Below, piece after piece: positions 1 to 8,699 of a stretch of DNA of 44,496 nucleotides. How positions within the stretch are numbered: the first letter of the stretch is position 1; every line of letters begins with the position of its first letter. Made by a program: the position numbers and the translations under genes. The notes below the pieces were generated by a model. That model saw only the letters and a list, made by a program, of their open reading frames with translations. It was not told where the DNA came from and made no database searches. Source of the DNA: Oligoflexales bacterium (GTDB lineage: Bacteria; Bdellovibrionota_B; Oligoflexia; Oligoflexales; Bog-1112); contig JBGCEP010000031.1 in the NCBI GenBank assembly GCA_045106415.1, forward strand, positions 1-44,496. The letters are read 5' to 3'.

Positions 1-973
1 CTTATAAACTTGAATTCGAGAGATGTGATTTTATCTTATAAATTTAGTATGTTGTTCCTAGTTTTATCAAATATTTGGAATTGACATGTCTAAGTTATAC
101 TCATTAGACCTGAAGAATAAAGTGATTGATGCGACAGAATCTGGCTATACCGATAGCTCTATCAGTGAGACTTTCAATATCGCTCGTAAAACAATCTATA
201 ATTGGAAAAGAAACTGACAAAGACAGGTTCTCTGAAACCACGGAAACGTAAACAGGGATCAGGTAAGATTCAAGATTTGGAAAAATTTAGAAAATTTGTA
301 GAAGAAAAATCTGATAGAAGTTCCGAAGAAATGGCTCAAGATTGGGGGGATATTTCTCTACGGAGTATTCGTCGATACTTGCGGCTTATCGTTTTTACAA
401 ATAAAAAAAAACATTTGGATACAAAAATCGCTGCGATAAAAATCGGAGTGACTTTCAAAAGGAAATAAATAATAAAAGTGATAAAAACATTATTTATCTC
501 GATGAGTGTGGCGTTAAGAAAAATGAGTCCTGTCAACATGGATGGAGTCACAAAAGTTCCAGGCCCCATGGTTTAAAAGAAAGTTCACAACATAAAGCTG
601 TTAATATCATTGGATCACTCAACAACCATAACGAAATTACTGCTCCATTTGTATTTAAAGGAAGTTGTACAGCAGAGGTTTTCAATGCGTATCTTGAGAA
701 GGTTTTAAGCCCACATTTGGATGGAAATACAGTTATTGTGCTTGATAATGCTTCATTTCATAAGTCTTCAAATATAGTTCAAATAGCTCAAGAGTAGGGG
801 GCAGAAGTTCTATATCTTCCCCCATATAGTCCAGATCTCAATCCTATCGAACACAAGTGGCATCAAGTTAAAATAAAAATACGAAAAATTCTCAGAGATG
901 GATGTGACTCTATTTATGATGCTGTTTGTGCGGCTATGAAGATGTTGAGTAAATAAATGTAGCCAATGCTATA
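1..973 (+). mobile_element. IS630-family insertion sequence, defective transposase (ATG 86 to TAA 956); left end probably outside the window
   Basis: Reading MSKLYSLDLKNKVI...TIYNWK (HTH), then an A-run near 403-411, then IIYLDECG, VIVLDNASFHKS and LYLPPYSPDLNPIEHKW (DDE_3 motifs). There is an extra frameshift near 205 and an in-frame TAG at 795-797. The element ends in ...ATGCTATA at 973 (TA target). Confidence 0.9.
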
Positions 974-1235
974 ACAGACAACGCCTTCACTCATCTTTAG
1001 GGTATCAAAGTCCAGCTTGCTTTGAATCAAGATATATGACAGAAAGCGCTTAAACCGAAAAAAAAAAAAAAGAGGAGAAGCTTACTCGCCTTCTGCAAAA
1101 CTCTGCGATACTGAGGCCACTGGCTGCTTGTTCAATCGCAAGCTGTGAATACGATCTCTTATTTCTCATTTTTTCCTCCATTTAGCGTACGATCACGAAG
1201 GAATCAAAGGAAGGTACCGCTCGTCAGGCGCTTAC
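974..1235 (-). mobile_element. IS66-family left-end remnant with truncated tnpA
   Basis: The minus strand begins GTAAGCGCCTGACGAGCGGTACC at 1235, an IS66-type GTAAGCG end. GGAGG RBS, then ATG 1169 MRNKRSYSQLAIEQAASGLSIAEFCRRR, the IS66 TnpA-like SGLSxxEFCRR pattern. Cut off by the IS630. Confidence 0.75.
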
Positions 1236-1579
1236 GATTGAAGTGCTATTAGAATATATTGGCTCTCGCCACAACTACATGAAGATATCTATGCTATGGA
1301 TGTTTTAGCGTAGAGTTGAATAAATATTTTATGAAATGAATAAGGCTATCTCGTAATATACTTAAAAATGAAAACTCATCTCTTTCTTAGAGAGTAGAAA
1401 TTTTGTTATTCTTGGATATTAAGAAAATGCATTTAAATGTTCTTTTTTTAGAGGGGAAAGGTTTCCTGGTCTTCTCACGAAATGAATAATGAAAAATATT
1501 TTCATGGAAGCACTGAAAAGTTGAAAATTCTTTCTGACAAGTTAAACTCCATATATGTATCTTTATTTATGGAGAAATT

Positions 1580-2149
1580 ATGAAAATCATGTTCAGCATT
1601 GTTACGTTGGGTTTTTTGTTATCTTTTACATACCCACCTTTAGATACAGTGGATCAACTTGACCTTGAAAAATATATGGGCACTTGGCATCAAATAGCAA
1701 CGATACCAGCGTCTTTTCAAGAAAAGTGTGTGAGAAAAACTTCAGCTGAATATAAACGTCTTGACAAAAATCATGTTCAAGTGATTAATCGCTGCGAAGA
1801 AGAGGACGGGGAGGTTCGTATCGCTATTGGAAGAGCTCGTATCAATTGTGACTTTAAAAACCCAAGTCGTTTACAGGTGACTTTTGTAAAACTGTTTAAC
1901 TGGTGGGTTTGGTCATTTGGTGGTGATTACTGGGTGATTGATCTCGATGCTGATTATAATTATAGTGTCGTAGGGGATAGAAAAAGATTTTATCTTTGGA
2001 TACTGTCTCGTTCTGCAGCAATGGAAATATCAGATTTAAAAATTCTAGAAGAAAAAATTAAAGATCAACACTTTGACACGTGTGACATTGTTATTACTCA
2101 AGAAGGTGAGCTTAAAGGAAAACGTTTGTGTGATATTTCTTTTGGTTAA
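1580..2149 (+). CDS. blc: Bacterial lipocalin (Blc-like)
   Basis: Signal peptide; LDLEKYMGTWHQIA (GxW motif); DYWVIDLDADYNYSVVG...LWILSR. Confidence 0.9.
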   Translation: MKIMFSIVTLGFLLSFTYPPLDTVDQLDLEKYMGTWHQIATIPASFQEKCVRKTSAEYKRLDKNHVQVINRCEEEDGEVRIAIGRARINCDFKNPSRLQVTFVKLFNWWVWSFGGDYWVIDLDADYNYSVVGDRKRFYLWILSRSAAMEISDLKILEEKIKDQHFDTCDIVITQEGELKGKRLCDISFG

Positions 2150-2210
2150 AGATATCTTAGGTTAATTTTATCTAAAATATAACTGTTAAATAAATATTTT
2201 GAAAGAATAC

Positions 2211-2254
2211 TCTAGTCGTGTTTATTTTGTGTGTAAAAAATGAATACGGCTAGA
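2211..2254 (+). terminator. Long RNA hairpin after blc
   Basis: TCTAGTCGTGTTTATTT / AAATGAATACGGCTAGA. All three mismatches become G.U pairs on the + strand. Confidence 0.5.
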
Positions 2255-2454
2255 ATTTCCCACCATTATTAGAGAATAAATGATTGTTAAATTTTATTCG
2301 AAGCTAATGTATGTCGTGATGTAAAGATATTTTAAGGTTTTTAACTATCGAAAGACATGAAAATATTCTTCTTTGAAAAATGATGATTCACCGTGACACT
2401 ATTCTAGTAAAGTGATACTTGTTTTAGTTTTTTGTAAGAAGTGATGAGAGTCGT

Positions 2455-3618
2455 ATGGATACAAGTTTGCCATTAGCAGAAAAAATGAGACCGCAAAGTT
2501 TTGATACTATTTGTGGTCAAGTGCACCTTGTTTCAAAAAGGTCTTTGTTGCGACGTTTGGCTGAAGAAGATCGATTTCAGTCACTCTTATTGTGGGGACC
2601 GACCGGGTGTGGGAAAACAACTTTAGCTCGTCTTATTGCAGAACAAAGCCAACATGATGTTAGCGCTTTATGCGCTGTCCATGCCAGTGTTAAAGACCTT
2701 AGAGAAGTTATTGCTTTGTCTGAAGAACAGAGACAGCAGTTAAAGCCTGTTCGTATTTTGTTACTTGATGAAATTCATAGGCTTTCTAAAAATCAGCAAG
2801 ATGTTTTACTGCCTCATTTAGAATCAGGATCTTTAAAGATGGTAGGAACAACAACAGAAAATCCAGTTGTTGAAGTCAATCCGGCTATCCGTTCTCGTAG
2901 CCTGACTTTTCGTCTTAAACCTCTTGATGCTGAAAGTATTTTTCAAACTCTGAAACGAGCAAATATTTTTTGTGAACACTCTTTGAAAGACCAACAATTA
3001 AAGGCGATTGCGTTTCATGCTCAAGGTGATGTGCGTGCAGCATTAAATCTTTTTGAGGCGTATGGTATAGGTTTTGATGGTAGCTCCGAAGACTTCGATG
3101 AGTTGTTGAGTTCTTTGCCGTTGAAGTATGGAAAAAATAGCGATGATCACTATAATTCTTTATCTGCAATGATCAAATCTATTCGAGGTAGTCATTGTGA
3201 TGCAGCTGTTTATTATCTTGCTCGTTTATTAGAAGGAGGGTGTGATCCAGCGTTGATTGCGAGGCGTTTGATTGTCTCAGCGTCTGAAGATATAGGAAAT
3301 GCAAATCCTCATGCTTTGAATGTGGCAACATCTGGTGCGGCAGCAGTGCAGTATGTAGGCATGCCAGAAGTACGGATTGTTTTATCACAAGTTTGTCTAT
3401 TTTTGGCTTCTTCACCAAAGTCGAGAAGCTGTTATTTTGCAATTGCAAATGCGACGCACTGTGTTCGTCAGACAAAAAACTTAGACATTCCAGAGTTTTT
3501 ACACAACTCACCAAAAGGCCCTCCCCCCTCTCAGTCACGTTTTTTGCCTAATGATATTGAGGATCAAATTTTTTATACACCAACAAATAATGGGTATGAA
3601 AACCACCTATCACAATGA
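2455..3618 (+). CDS. rarA: Replication-associated recombination protein A (RarA/MgsA AAA+ ATPase)
   Basis: PLAEKMRP, GPTGCGKTT, LLLDEIHR, GTTTENP, SAMIKSIRGS, ASEDIGNA. Confidence 0.95.
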   Translation: MDTSLPLAEKMRPQSFDTICGQVHLVSKRSLLRRLAEEDRFQSLLLWGPTGCGKTTLARLIAEQSQHDVSALCAVHASVKDLREVIALSEEQRQQLKPVRILLLDEIHRLSKNQQDVLLPHLESGSLKMVGTTTENPVVEVNPAIRSRSLTFRLKPLDAESIFQTLKRANIFCEHSLKDQQLKAIAFHAQGDVRAALNLFEAYGIGFDGSSEDFDELLSSLPLKYGKNSDDHYNSLSAMIKSIRGSHCDAAVYYLARLLEGGCDPALIARRLIVSASEDIGNANPHALNVATSGAAAVQYVGMPEVRIVLSQVCLFLASSPKSRSCYFAIANATHCVRQTKNLDIPEFLHNSPKGPPPSQSRFLPNDIEDQIFYTPTNNGYENHLSQ

Positions 3619-3736
3619 CCATATTTGCTTGACAGTGTCATTTGCTTCATAAAAATTGATTTCCGGCAACACTTTCTATATATTGCTCTAGCAAGTTTAC
3701 TTGCGTAACTTTTATACCCTTTCCTTTGAGGCCCTT

Positions 3737-4279
3737 ATGGATCAGAGATCTCGAAATAATAGCTTTTGGGCACGCAGACGTTTGCGTCGTCGTTATGTTA
3801 AACAGCCTCAGTGGGTGATTGGTGCTCATAGCCAAGGGTATGGTGAGGTTATTCGTTTGTTTGCAGATAAAGAAGAATCACAGGGTCGTGGAATTTTGGT
3901 GCGAGCTTTTTTAAAGTTAGCTGATATTGCTATGCATATTATTCATTGTGGGCTCATTTTGTTTAGTATGGTTGGTTATTTGTGGGAAGAAACCAGGGCG
4001 TTGCATTTATTTTCTCAGTTCATGATTTTTACGTCATGGTATGGGCTGGGTCGTTTCTTTTATCCAGGATATTGTATTCTGACTGATTTGCATTGGCGTT
4101 TGAAAACTGTGCGAGGTTGTCGCCCTGAGGCAGAGTATTATACCAAATATATGGTTGATAAGGTTTGTGGGACAGATGCAAGTCGAAAGCTTCTTGATAC
4201 CGTATCCCATGTTATTTTGTTTAGTGCGATTACGATTTCTGTAATCTGGAATGTTTATGATTGGTGGTTTTCAGCTTGA
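3737..4279 (+). CDS. Membrane protein with DUF2784-like C-terminal domain and Arg-rich N-terminal extension
   Basis: ADIAMHIIH...LHL...SWYGLG...GYCILTDLHWRLK pattern; three hydrophobic segments. ATG 3737 preferred over TTG 3701. Confidence 0.6.
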   Translation: MDQRSRNNSFWARRRLRRRYVKQPQWVIGAHSQGYGEVIRLFADKEESQGRGILVRAFLKLADIAMHIIHCGLILFSMVGYLWEETRALHLFSQFMIFTSWYGLGRFFYPGYCILTDLHWRLKTVRGCRPEAEYYTKYMVDKVCGTDASRKLLDTVSHVILFSAITISVIWNVYDWWFSA

Positions 4280-4280
4280 T

Positions 4281-5564
4281 TTATTGAGTTGAGTTCTTTT
4301 TTCGTGCTTCTAATTTTTCGTTAATGCTCCTTGTATATTCAGCGATACTTTCTTGTAAATAAGTAATTGAGCTGAACTCTCGAGTTATTTCTGCTGCGTA
4401 AAGAGAGTCTTTGTTGCAGTCAATTTGAAGTCGTGGTTTTGTGAGTTTTCCAAAGTAGACGACATCTTGGATAATAGGCATAATTGAATCGCCGATTTCA
4501 TCAAGTGTATCTGGGTTAAAACCGCCACCCCCACCAGATGCTAAAATACCACCAGCGAGTTGAAGTCTCGTTTGAGTTTTCGTTCTTTTTTCGTTAGGTT
4601 CCTCATATTTTTTTTCAAGCTCAGCGCGTTCAACCTCTAGGTCTGAAATTGTTCTTTTTGCGGATGCAATTCCTTCAGCAAACCCTAGAGGTTCAAGAGT
4701 ATCGAGTGCTTTTTTTATTGTAGAAATTCTTTCTAAAAGGAGGATAACTTCTCGAGGAAGTTCTGTGAGTTTACAGTGCTCAGCATCCCTTTCATTTGCT
4801 CTGGATGTTTCATATGTAGCAATAAGCTCGCTGATTCGATTCACATGAACGATCATCTGTTTAAGAGCTTTTTGCCGCTCTCTAACTTCCAGGTTTAAAT
4901 ACCCTGTGGTGTTGTGACGGTGGTAAAAATCTTTTAAGACCCATGGTCCACACGTTTCTTCGCTTTCAGATAGTTCGCTAGGGATACATTGGCGTAATCG
5001 AAGAGAAGCTCTTCCTTCAATTGCGTCAACCTGGAGTCCTGCGTTGGAAGATTCATCATCGCTTCCAAAGTAATAATCAGAATAATAATTATCGAGTAGA
5101 ATATGATCCCAGCGGACGCGACCTCTTGCGCATCCGTTATCTTTGAGTCCCACTTTTTCTGCTTCTGAGAGAACTTGAGAACAAATTTCATATTCAAAAT
5201 GTCCTGAATGATTATGAGTATAAGCTTCTACCCACGTAATAGGTGGAGATGTGATTCCCCCTTCTTCAATCACAGTGACATTTGTTGGGATCAACGTTTT
5301 AGGGTCAATGGTTTCTAATGCAGATGTTTCATCTGCCAGAAAAGTAGCAAAATGGCCAGAGGGTTGTACGTGATTCTTATAGGAGATGTTGAAGACCGTA
5401 TTTGATGATTCTTCAGCATTTTGAGATATGTCTGCTGACGGGGTTGTGTTTTTCAATTCGCTTTCGGCAGGAGATTGTTCTAGTTGGGAGTGAGGTGCTT
5501 TGGGAGGTTGAGGCTGGCAATGGACGAGGGTGATGCCCATGAATAGAAAAAAAAGAGCTCTCAT
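4281..5564 (-). CDS. Hypothetical lipoprotein (Cys-rich domain plus coiled coil); distant paralogue of the 24538 and 25911 proteins
   Basis: Lipoprotein-like leader MRALFFLFMGITLVHC; motifs HFEYEIC and GRASLRLRQC...ETC; long helical C-terminal half. Confidence 0.7.
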   Translation of the reverse strand: MRALFFLFMGITLVHCQPQPPKAPHSQLEQSPAESELKNTTPSADISQNAEESSNTVFNISYKNHVQPSGHFATFLADETSALETIDPKTLIPTNVTVIEEGGITSPPITWVEAYTHNHSGHFEYEICSQVLSEAEKVGLKDNGCARGRVRWDHILLDNYYSDYYFGSDDESSNAGLQVDAIEGRASLRLRQCIPSELSESEETCGPWVLKDFYHRHNTTGYLNLEVRERQKALKQMIVHVNRISELIATYETSRANERDAEHCKLTELPREVILLLERISTIKKALDTLEPLGFAEGIASAKRTISDLEVERAELEKKYEEPNEKRTKTQTRLQLAGGILASGGGGGFNPDTLDEIGDSIMPIIQDVVYFGKLTKPRLQIDCNKDSLYAAEITREFSSITYLQESIAEYTRSINEKLEARKKNSTQ

Positions 5565-5598
5565 GAATGCCTCACAAAAAATGAACCTACCAAGGAAA

Positions 5599-5626
5599 CA
5601 ATCGGTACATAAGGTGAAAAACTTTA
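5599..5626 (-). promoter_or_regulatory. sigma28(FliA)-like promoter
   Basis: Minus strand TAAAGTTT-N12-ACCGATTG, about 35 nt upstream of ATG 5564. Confidence 0.5.
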
Positions 5627-5715
5627 TTTTTTTTTATAGAATGTTATTTATATGAAATGAATTTAAATAGTTGAGCCCATTTAAGTGGGCAGCTCGTAAC
5701 GCTGCCGATATGGTA

Positions 5716-6423
5716 TTAAAATGCCTCATGTGGAAAGTCTATGTTCATATACAAGTCTCCTGTTTCATAAAAATCGTCATCATAAAGCTCAGTTTTTGTC
5801 AGCCATACAGCTAAAGGAGTGATGCGATTGAGAATAGCTTCAACCCATGAAGAAATGTGTTCAGGGCGGTTGTTTACAGCTTTAAGCCAGAGAGGTGGGT
5901 GTTCTGCCCAGGATAAAATCAGTTTTTCGAGGTTTGGATAAAAACTCTTGTGAAAATGATGTTTTTGTAAGGATGCTTTAATTTTTTCTGCCACAATTTG
6001 ATTTTGGTATGCTTTTTCTTGAAGAGCGTCTGAGATCATAACAGCGGAAGAGAGAAGTCCTGTACGATCACTACCATGGTAACAATGGATGTAAACTTTC
6101 GAATCCTCCGATCTTTTTGTTAAAACTGTTTGTAGAGCAGCATAGAAAAGACCAAAATTAAAATGATTACCGAATAATGGAACGGTCATGAGGGGAAAGT
6201 GTAAACACTCCAAGTTGTTTTGTTCACATAACACAGAGTTGTCTGGCGTGACTTGGAGATTAATGACGTATTTGACGCCTAAGCTTTGAAGTTCTTCATA
6301 ATCAGAGTGTGCTAAAGCACCTCCGCGGAAGACATGAGGGGATACTAAACCTAAATTGGATACCGCAAAAAGATAGCCTGGTACACAGAACGTTATGACG
6401 CATAAGCACAGTTTTGAAAACAT
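5716..6423 (-). CDS. Exported tyrosine/dual-specificity phosphatase family protein
   Basis: CX5R loop VYIHCYHGSDRTG; FRGG...LGVKYVINL; N-terminal signal peptide. Confidence 0.85.
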   Translation of the reverse strand: MFSKLCLCVITFCVPGYLFAVSNLGLVSPHVFRGGALAHSDYEELQSLGVKYVINLQVTPDNSVLCEQNNLECLHFPLMTVPLFGNHFNFGLFYAALQTVLTKRSEDSKVYIHCYHGSDRTGLLSSAVMISDALQEKAYQNQIVAEKIKASLQKHHFHKSFYPNLEKLILSWAEHPPLWLKAVNNRPEHISSWVEAILNRITPLAVWLTKTELYDDDFYETGDLYMNIDFPHEAF

Positions 6424-6619
6424 CTCATGTTCCTTTTTTTATTTTTATGCATTTTATGCGTAAATTGATGTAGAGAGAAAGCTTTTTTATATAACAGCTG
6501 TGATTATATGAGTTTGGCAAAAAAAGTTGATGGAAACAGTTAATTGTTGTAATCAAGTTTGTTTTTTAGCTGTAGAAACATTTAATTTTATTAGAGTAAA
6601 TCATTCTTATGCAAAAAAA

Positions 6620-6646
6620 TTGATTTTTTTGAAAAAAAACCGATAA
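6620..6646 (+). promoter_or_regulatory. Possible sigma28-like promoter
   Basis: ACCGATAA at 6639-6646; the -35 match (TTGATTTT) is weak. Confidence 0.35.
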
Positions 6647-6675
6647 GAAATCTGCGCTCTTCGGAAAGGATTTTT

Positions 6676-7746
6676 ATGAAAAAACTATATATGTTCTCGG
6701 TGTTATTTTTAAGTGTTTCAGCTTGTAAGCAGAGAAAACCTGATCGTGGAGCCTTGCCAACTGAGCCAACCTGTAATCAAGACTTGCTGTTGGCGACAAC
6801 ACCTAATGTTTTAGATGTAAATCGAATTGGGTTTGGTTTATCTGGAGTTGATCGTTCGGAAGGATTAGCACTTTTGAGTGTGCCTGTCGGTAAGCAAAAC
6901 CTACCAGAAGAGGTTCAAAGTTTTGTGAGGGACGGCGTTCTTGTTCTTGCTATGGGAGTTAGAGATCTTAACGTTCGAGAAGAAGTTGCTTTTAATTTAG
7001 CTGATAAAGCAGTGAAAAATGTGAAAAAGCCTTTGAACTCAGGTTCTAAAGTAGACTCAGGAAGCCCTCGTGTTGACCAAAATCCATCGAGGTTAGAAAC
7101 CAGATCAGGTGGTGAAGATTCTGGTGTTAATTCAAAAATAGAACAAAATGGTAGTGTTCTTGAGAAAGATGGTGACGTTAATAAGAAAGAAGGTGAAACA
7201 AAGGGTTCCGCAGTTAATGGAAAGAAAAATTTTGCATCAAAGTTTAAAGATGGTGTCAAAACAAAGTGGGCTGCTGTCAAAAAATGGTCAGATGACCACC
7301 CTAAGTTTGCAAAGATGGGTAAATGGGGAGTTGGTGTGACAGGTCTTGCTCTTCTGTTTCATGTCATTACTCAAGAAGATGATGTGGACACAATTTATGT
7401 TTTTGGTGATGATTTGCCAAAAGAGCTGACTAGTGATCAGGTTTCTTCTGATGAAAACGTAGTAGAGAATGAATCTAGTGACAGTGGTCAATCACCGAAT
7501 TCTAGTGAAAGCAGTAATACTGCTCCAAATAGTAGTGATGCGCAAAAAGAAGGTGCGTTTTCAAATGCAGATCAGAGTGAGTCAGAGCCTAATATTGTGA
7601 CACTAGATGTTGGTAAAGAAGATGATGCTACGGCTTATGTTGTTGATACGGATAAAGGGGAAATCTCAAATATTACAGTGGGGGTTCAGGGCGAACATGA
7701 TGCTCTTCAAGATCCAACTCTTTCTCAAACCTGTGGTGTAAAGTAA
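6676..7746 (+). CDS. Hypothetical lipoprotein with Lys-rich amphipathic region, internal hydrophobic helix and acidic C-terminal part
   Basis: MKKLYMFSVLFLSVSAC lipobox; KWGVGVTGLALLFHVIT; AAGGA RBS. Confidence 0.75.
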   Translation: MKKLYMFSVLFLSVSACKQRKPDRGALPTEPTCNQDLLLATTPNVLDVNRIGFGLSGVDRSEGLALLSVPVGKQNLPEEVQSFVRDGVLVLAMGVRDLNVREEVAFNLADKAVKNVKKPLNSGSKVDSGSPRVDQNPSRLETRSGGEDSGVNSKIEQNGSVLEKDGDVNKKEGETKGSAVNGKKNFASKFKDGVKTKWAAVKKWSDDHPKFAKMGKWGVGVTGLALLFHVITQEDDVDTIYVFGDDLPKELTSDQVSSDENVVENESSDSGQSPNSSESSNTAPNSSDAQKEGAFSNADQSESEPNIVTLDVGKEDDATAYVVDTDKGEISNITVGVQGEHDALQDPTLSQTCGVK

Positions 7747-7846
7747 CAAAAATGAGGCGATGCCAATAGGCTACCCATGGTATTTGGGAATCTCTAGTAA
7801 TGCCTAACTAAACACCTCAGTTCATAAATTTCCTGTATTCAACAAG

Positions 7847-7882
7847 ACTCTGCATTCCTAATTCTGAGTGCGGAGTATTTTC
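7847..7882 (+). terminator. Probable intrinsic terminator
   Basis: ACTCTGCATTC / GAGTGCGGAGT stem with G.U pairs, followed by ATTTT. Confidence 0.45.
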
Positions 7883-8049
7883 ATTATCACCACAATAACC
7901 ACTGAGGAATGAGTTGAAAAACAGTGTCTGCTTTATAGCGGTCAGAGGTGTGTACATAATCATGCTTAGATGTTGCAACAAAAGCTTCAGGCGTGCAGGG
8001 CTATACGCTGTCGTGAAACAGCTTGTTAGATTCAGCTGGCACCCTGTTT

Positions 8050-8285
8050 TATTTTTTTCTGGAGAGCACTCATAGTGCTCAGGCTAGCATTATAATTTAC
8101 AGCTGTCTTGAAACTGCAAAATGCAACGATCTTGACCCATATCAGTGAGGCTCTCACGTTCTGGAGAATCTGCCTCTGCGCTCTTCTTGAGATAATATTG
8201 ATGAGCTATTGCCATTGAATATCTGACGTATTTAAAAATCTCATGATTTGAATTTTTTTAAAGGTAGCACTTACTTTGCGCTTAC
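8050..8285 (+). mobile_element. IS66-family right-end remnant (decayed tnpC C-terminus plus IRR)
   Basis: Unannotated frame AQASIIIYSCLETAKCNDLDPYQ*GSHVLENLP...NIDELLPLNI matches the IS66 TnpC C-terminus. Ends ...GCGCTTAC at 8285. Confidence 0.8.
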
Positions 8286-8444
8286 TTCGGGTCCATTGGG
8301 GATGTCAATGAATATGTATTAGGGTGGCGCCTGATGCCCTAATTTTTTTACAAAGGCAGAGTAAGTGTGTCATTGGTGAGATACTGGAAAAGCTAGACAT
8401 CTTGTATAAACTCAGCCATAAAATAAAGGTTAATTGTTTTTGAG

Positions 8445-8699
8445 GTGTGCGTGCGACGTGGAATAGTGTGGGTTATGTTTTTGGTAGGGTGTGAAGTGCC
8501 CTCTCTTCCAGAGGGGAAGCACAGACTTCTTGTTGAAAAACACTGTACAAGTTGTCATAGCCACGCACATCTTCTGGTAAAAAAGCGCTCACGGGCTCAA
8601 TGGGAAAGTGTTGTTTCTTGGATGCAGAAAATGAACGGCATGTCTCCTTTGGGGGTAGAAGATCACAAGAACATTTTAGACTATTTAGAATCATTGTAG
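8445..8699 (+). CDS. Small c-type cytochrome lipoprotein
   Basis: LVGC lipobox; CTSCH haem motif; W...WM...GM distal Met; ILDYL. Confidence 0.75.
   Translation: MCVRRGIVWVMFLVGCEVPSLPEGKHRLLVEKHCTSCHSHAHLLVKKRSRAQWESVVSWMQKMNGMSPLGVEDHKNILDYLESL

Noticed and set aside
781..800. In-frame TAG stops as evidence of stop-codon recoding
   Set aside because: Internal stops are confined to IS relics and decayed DNA; housekeeping genes are uninterrupted under the standard code.
1058..1071. Poly-A tract as a phase-variation switch
   Set aside because: It lies within a dead IS66 remnant, and homopolymer length may be a sequencing error.
5674..5711. GCCGATAT as a sigma28 -10 box
   Set aside because: Spacing to TAAG is wrong, it points antisense into the phosphatase, and it is part of terminator-like hairpins.
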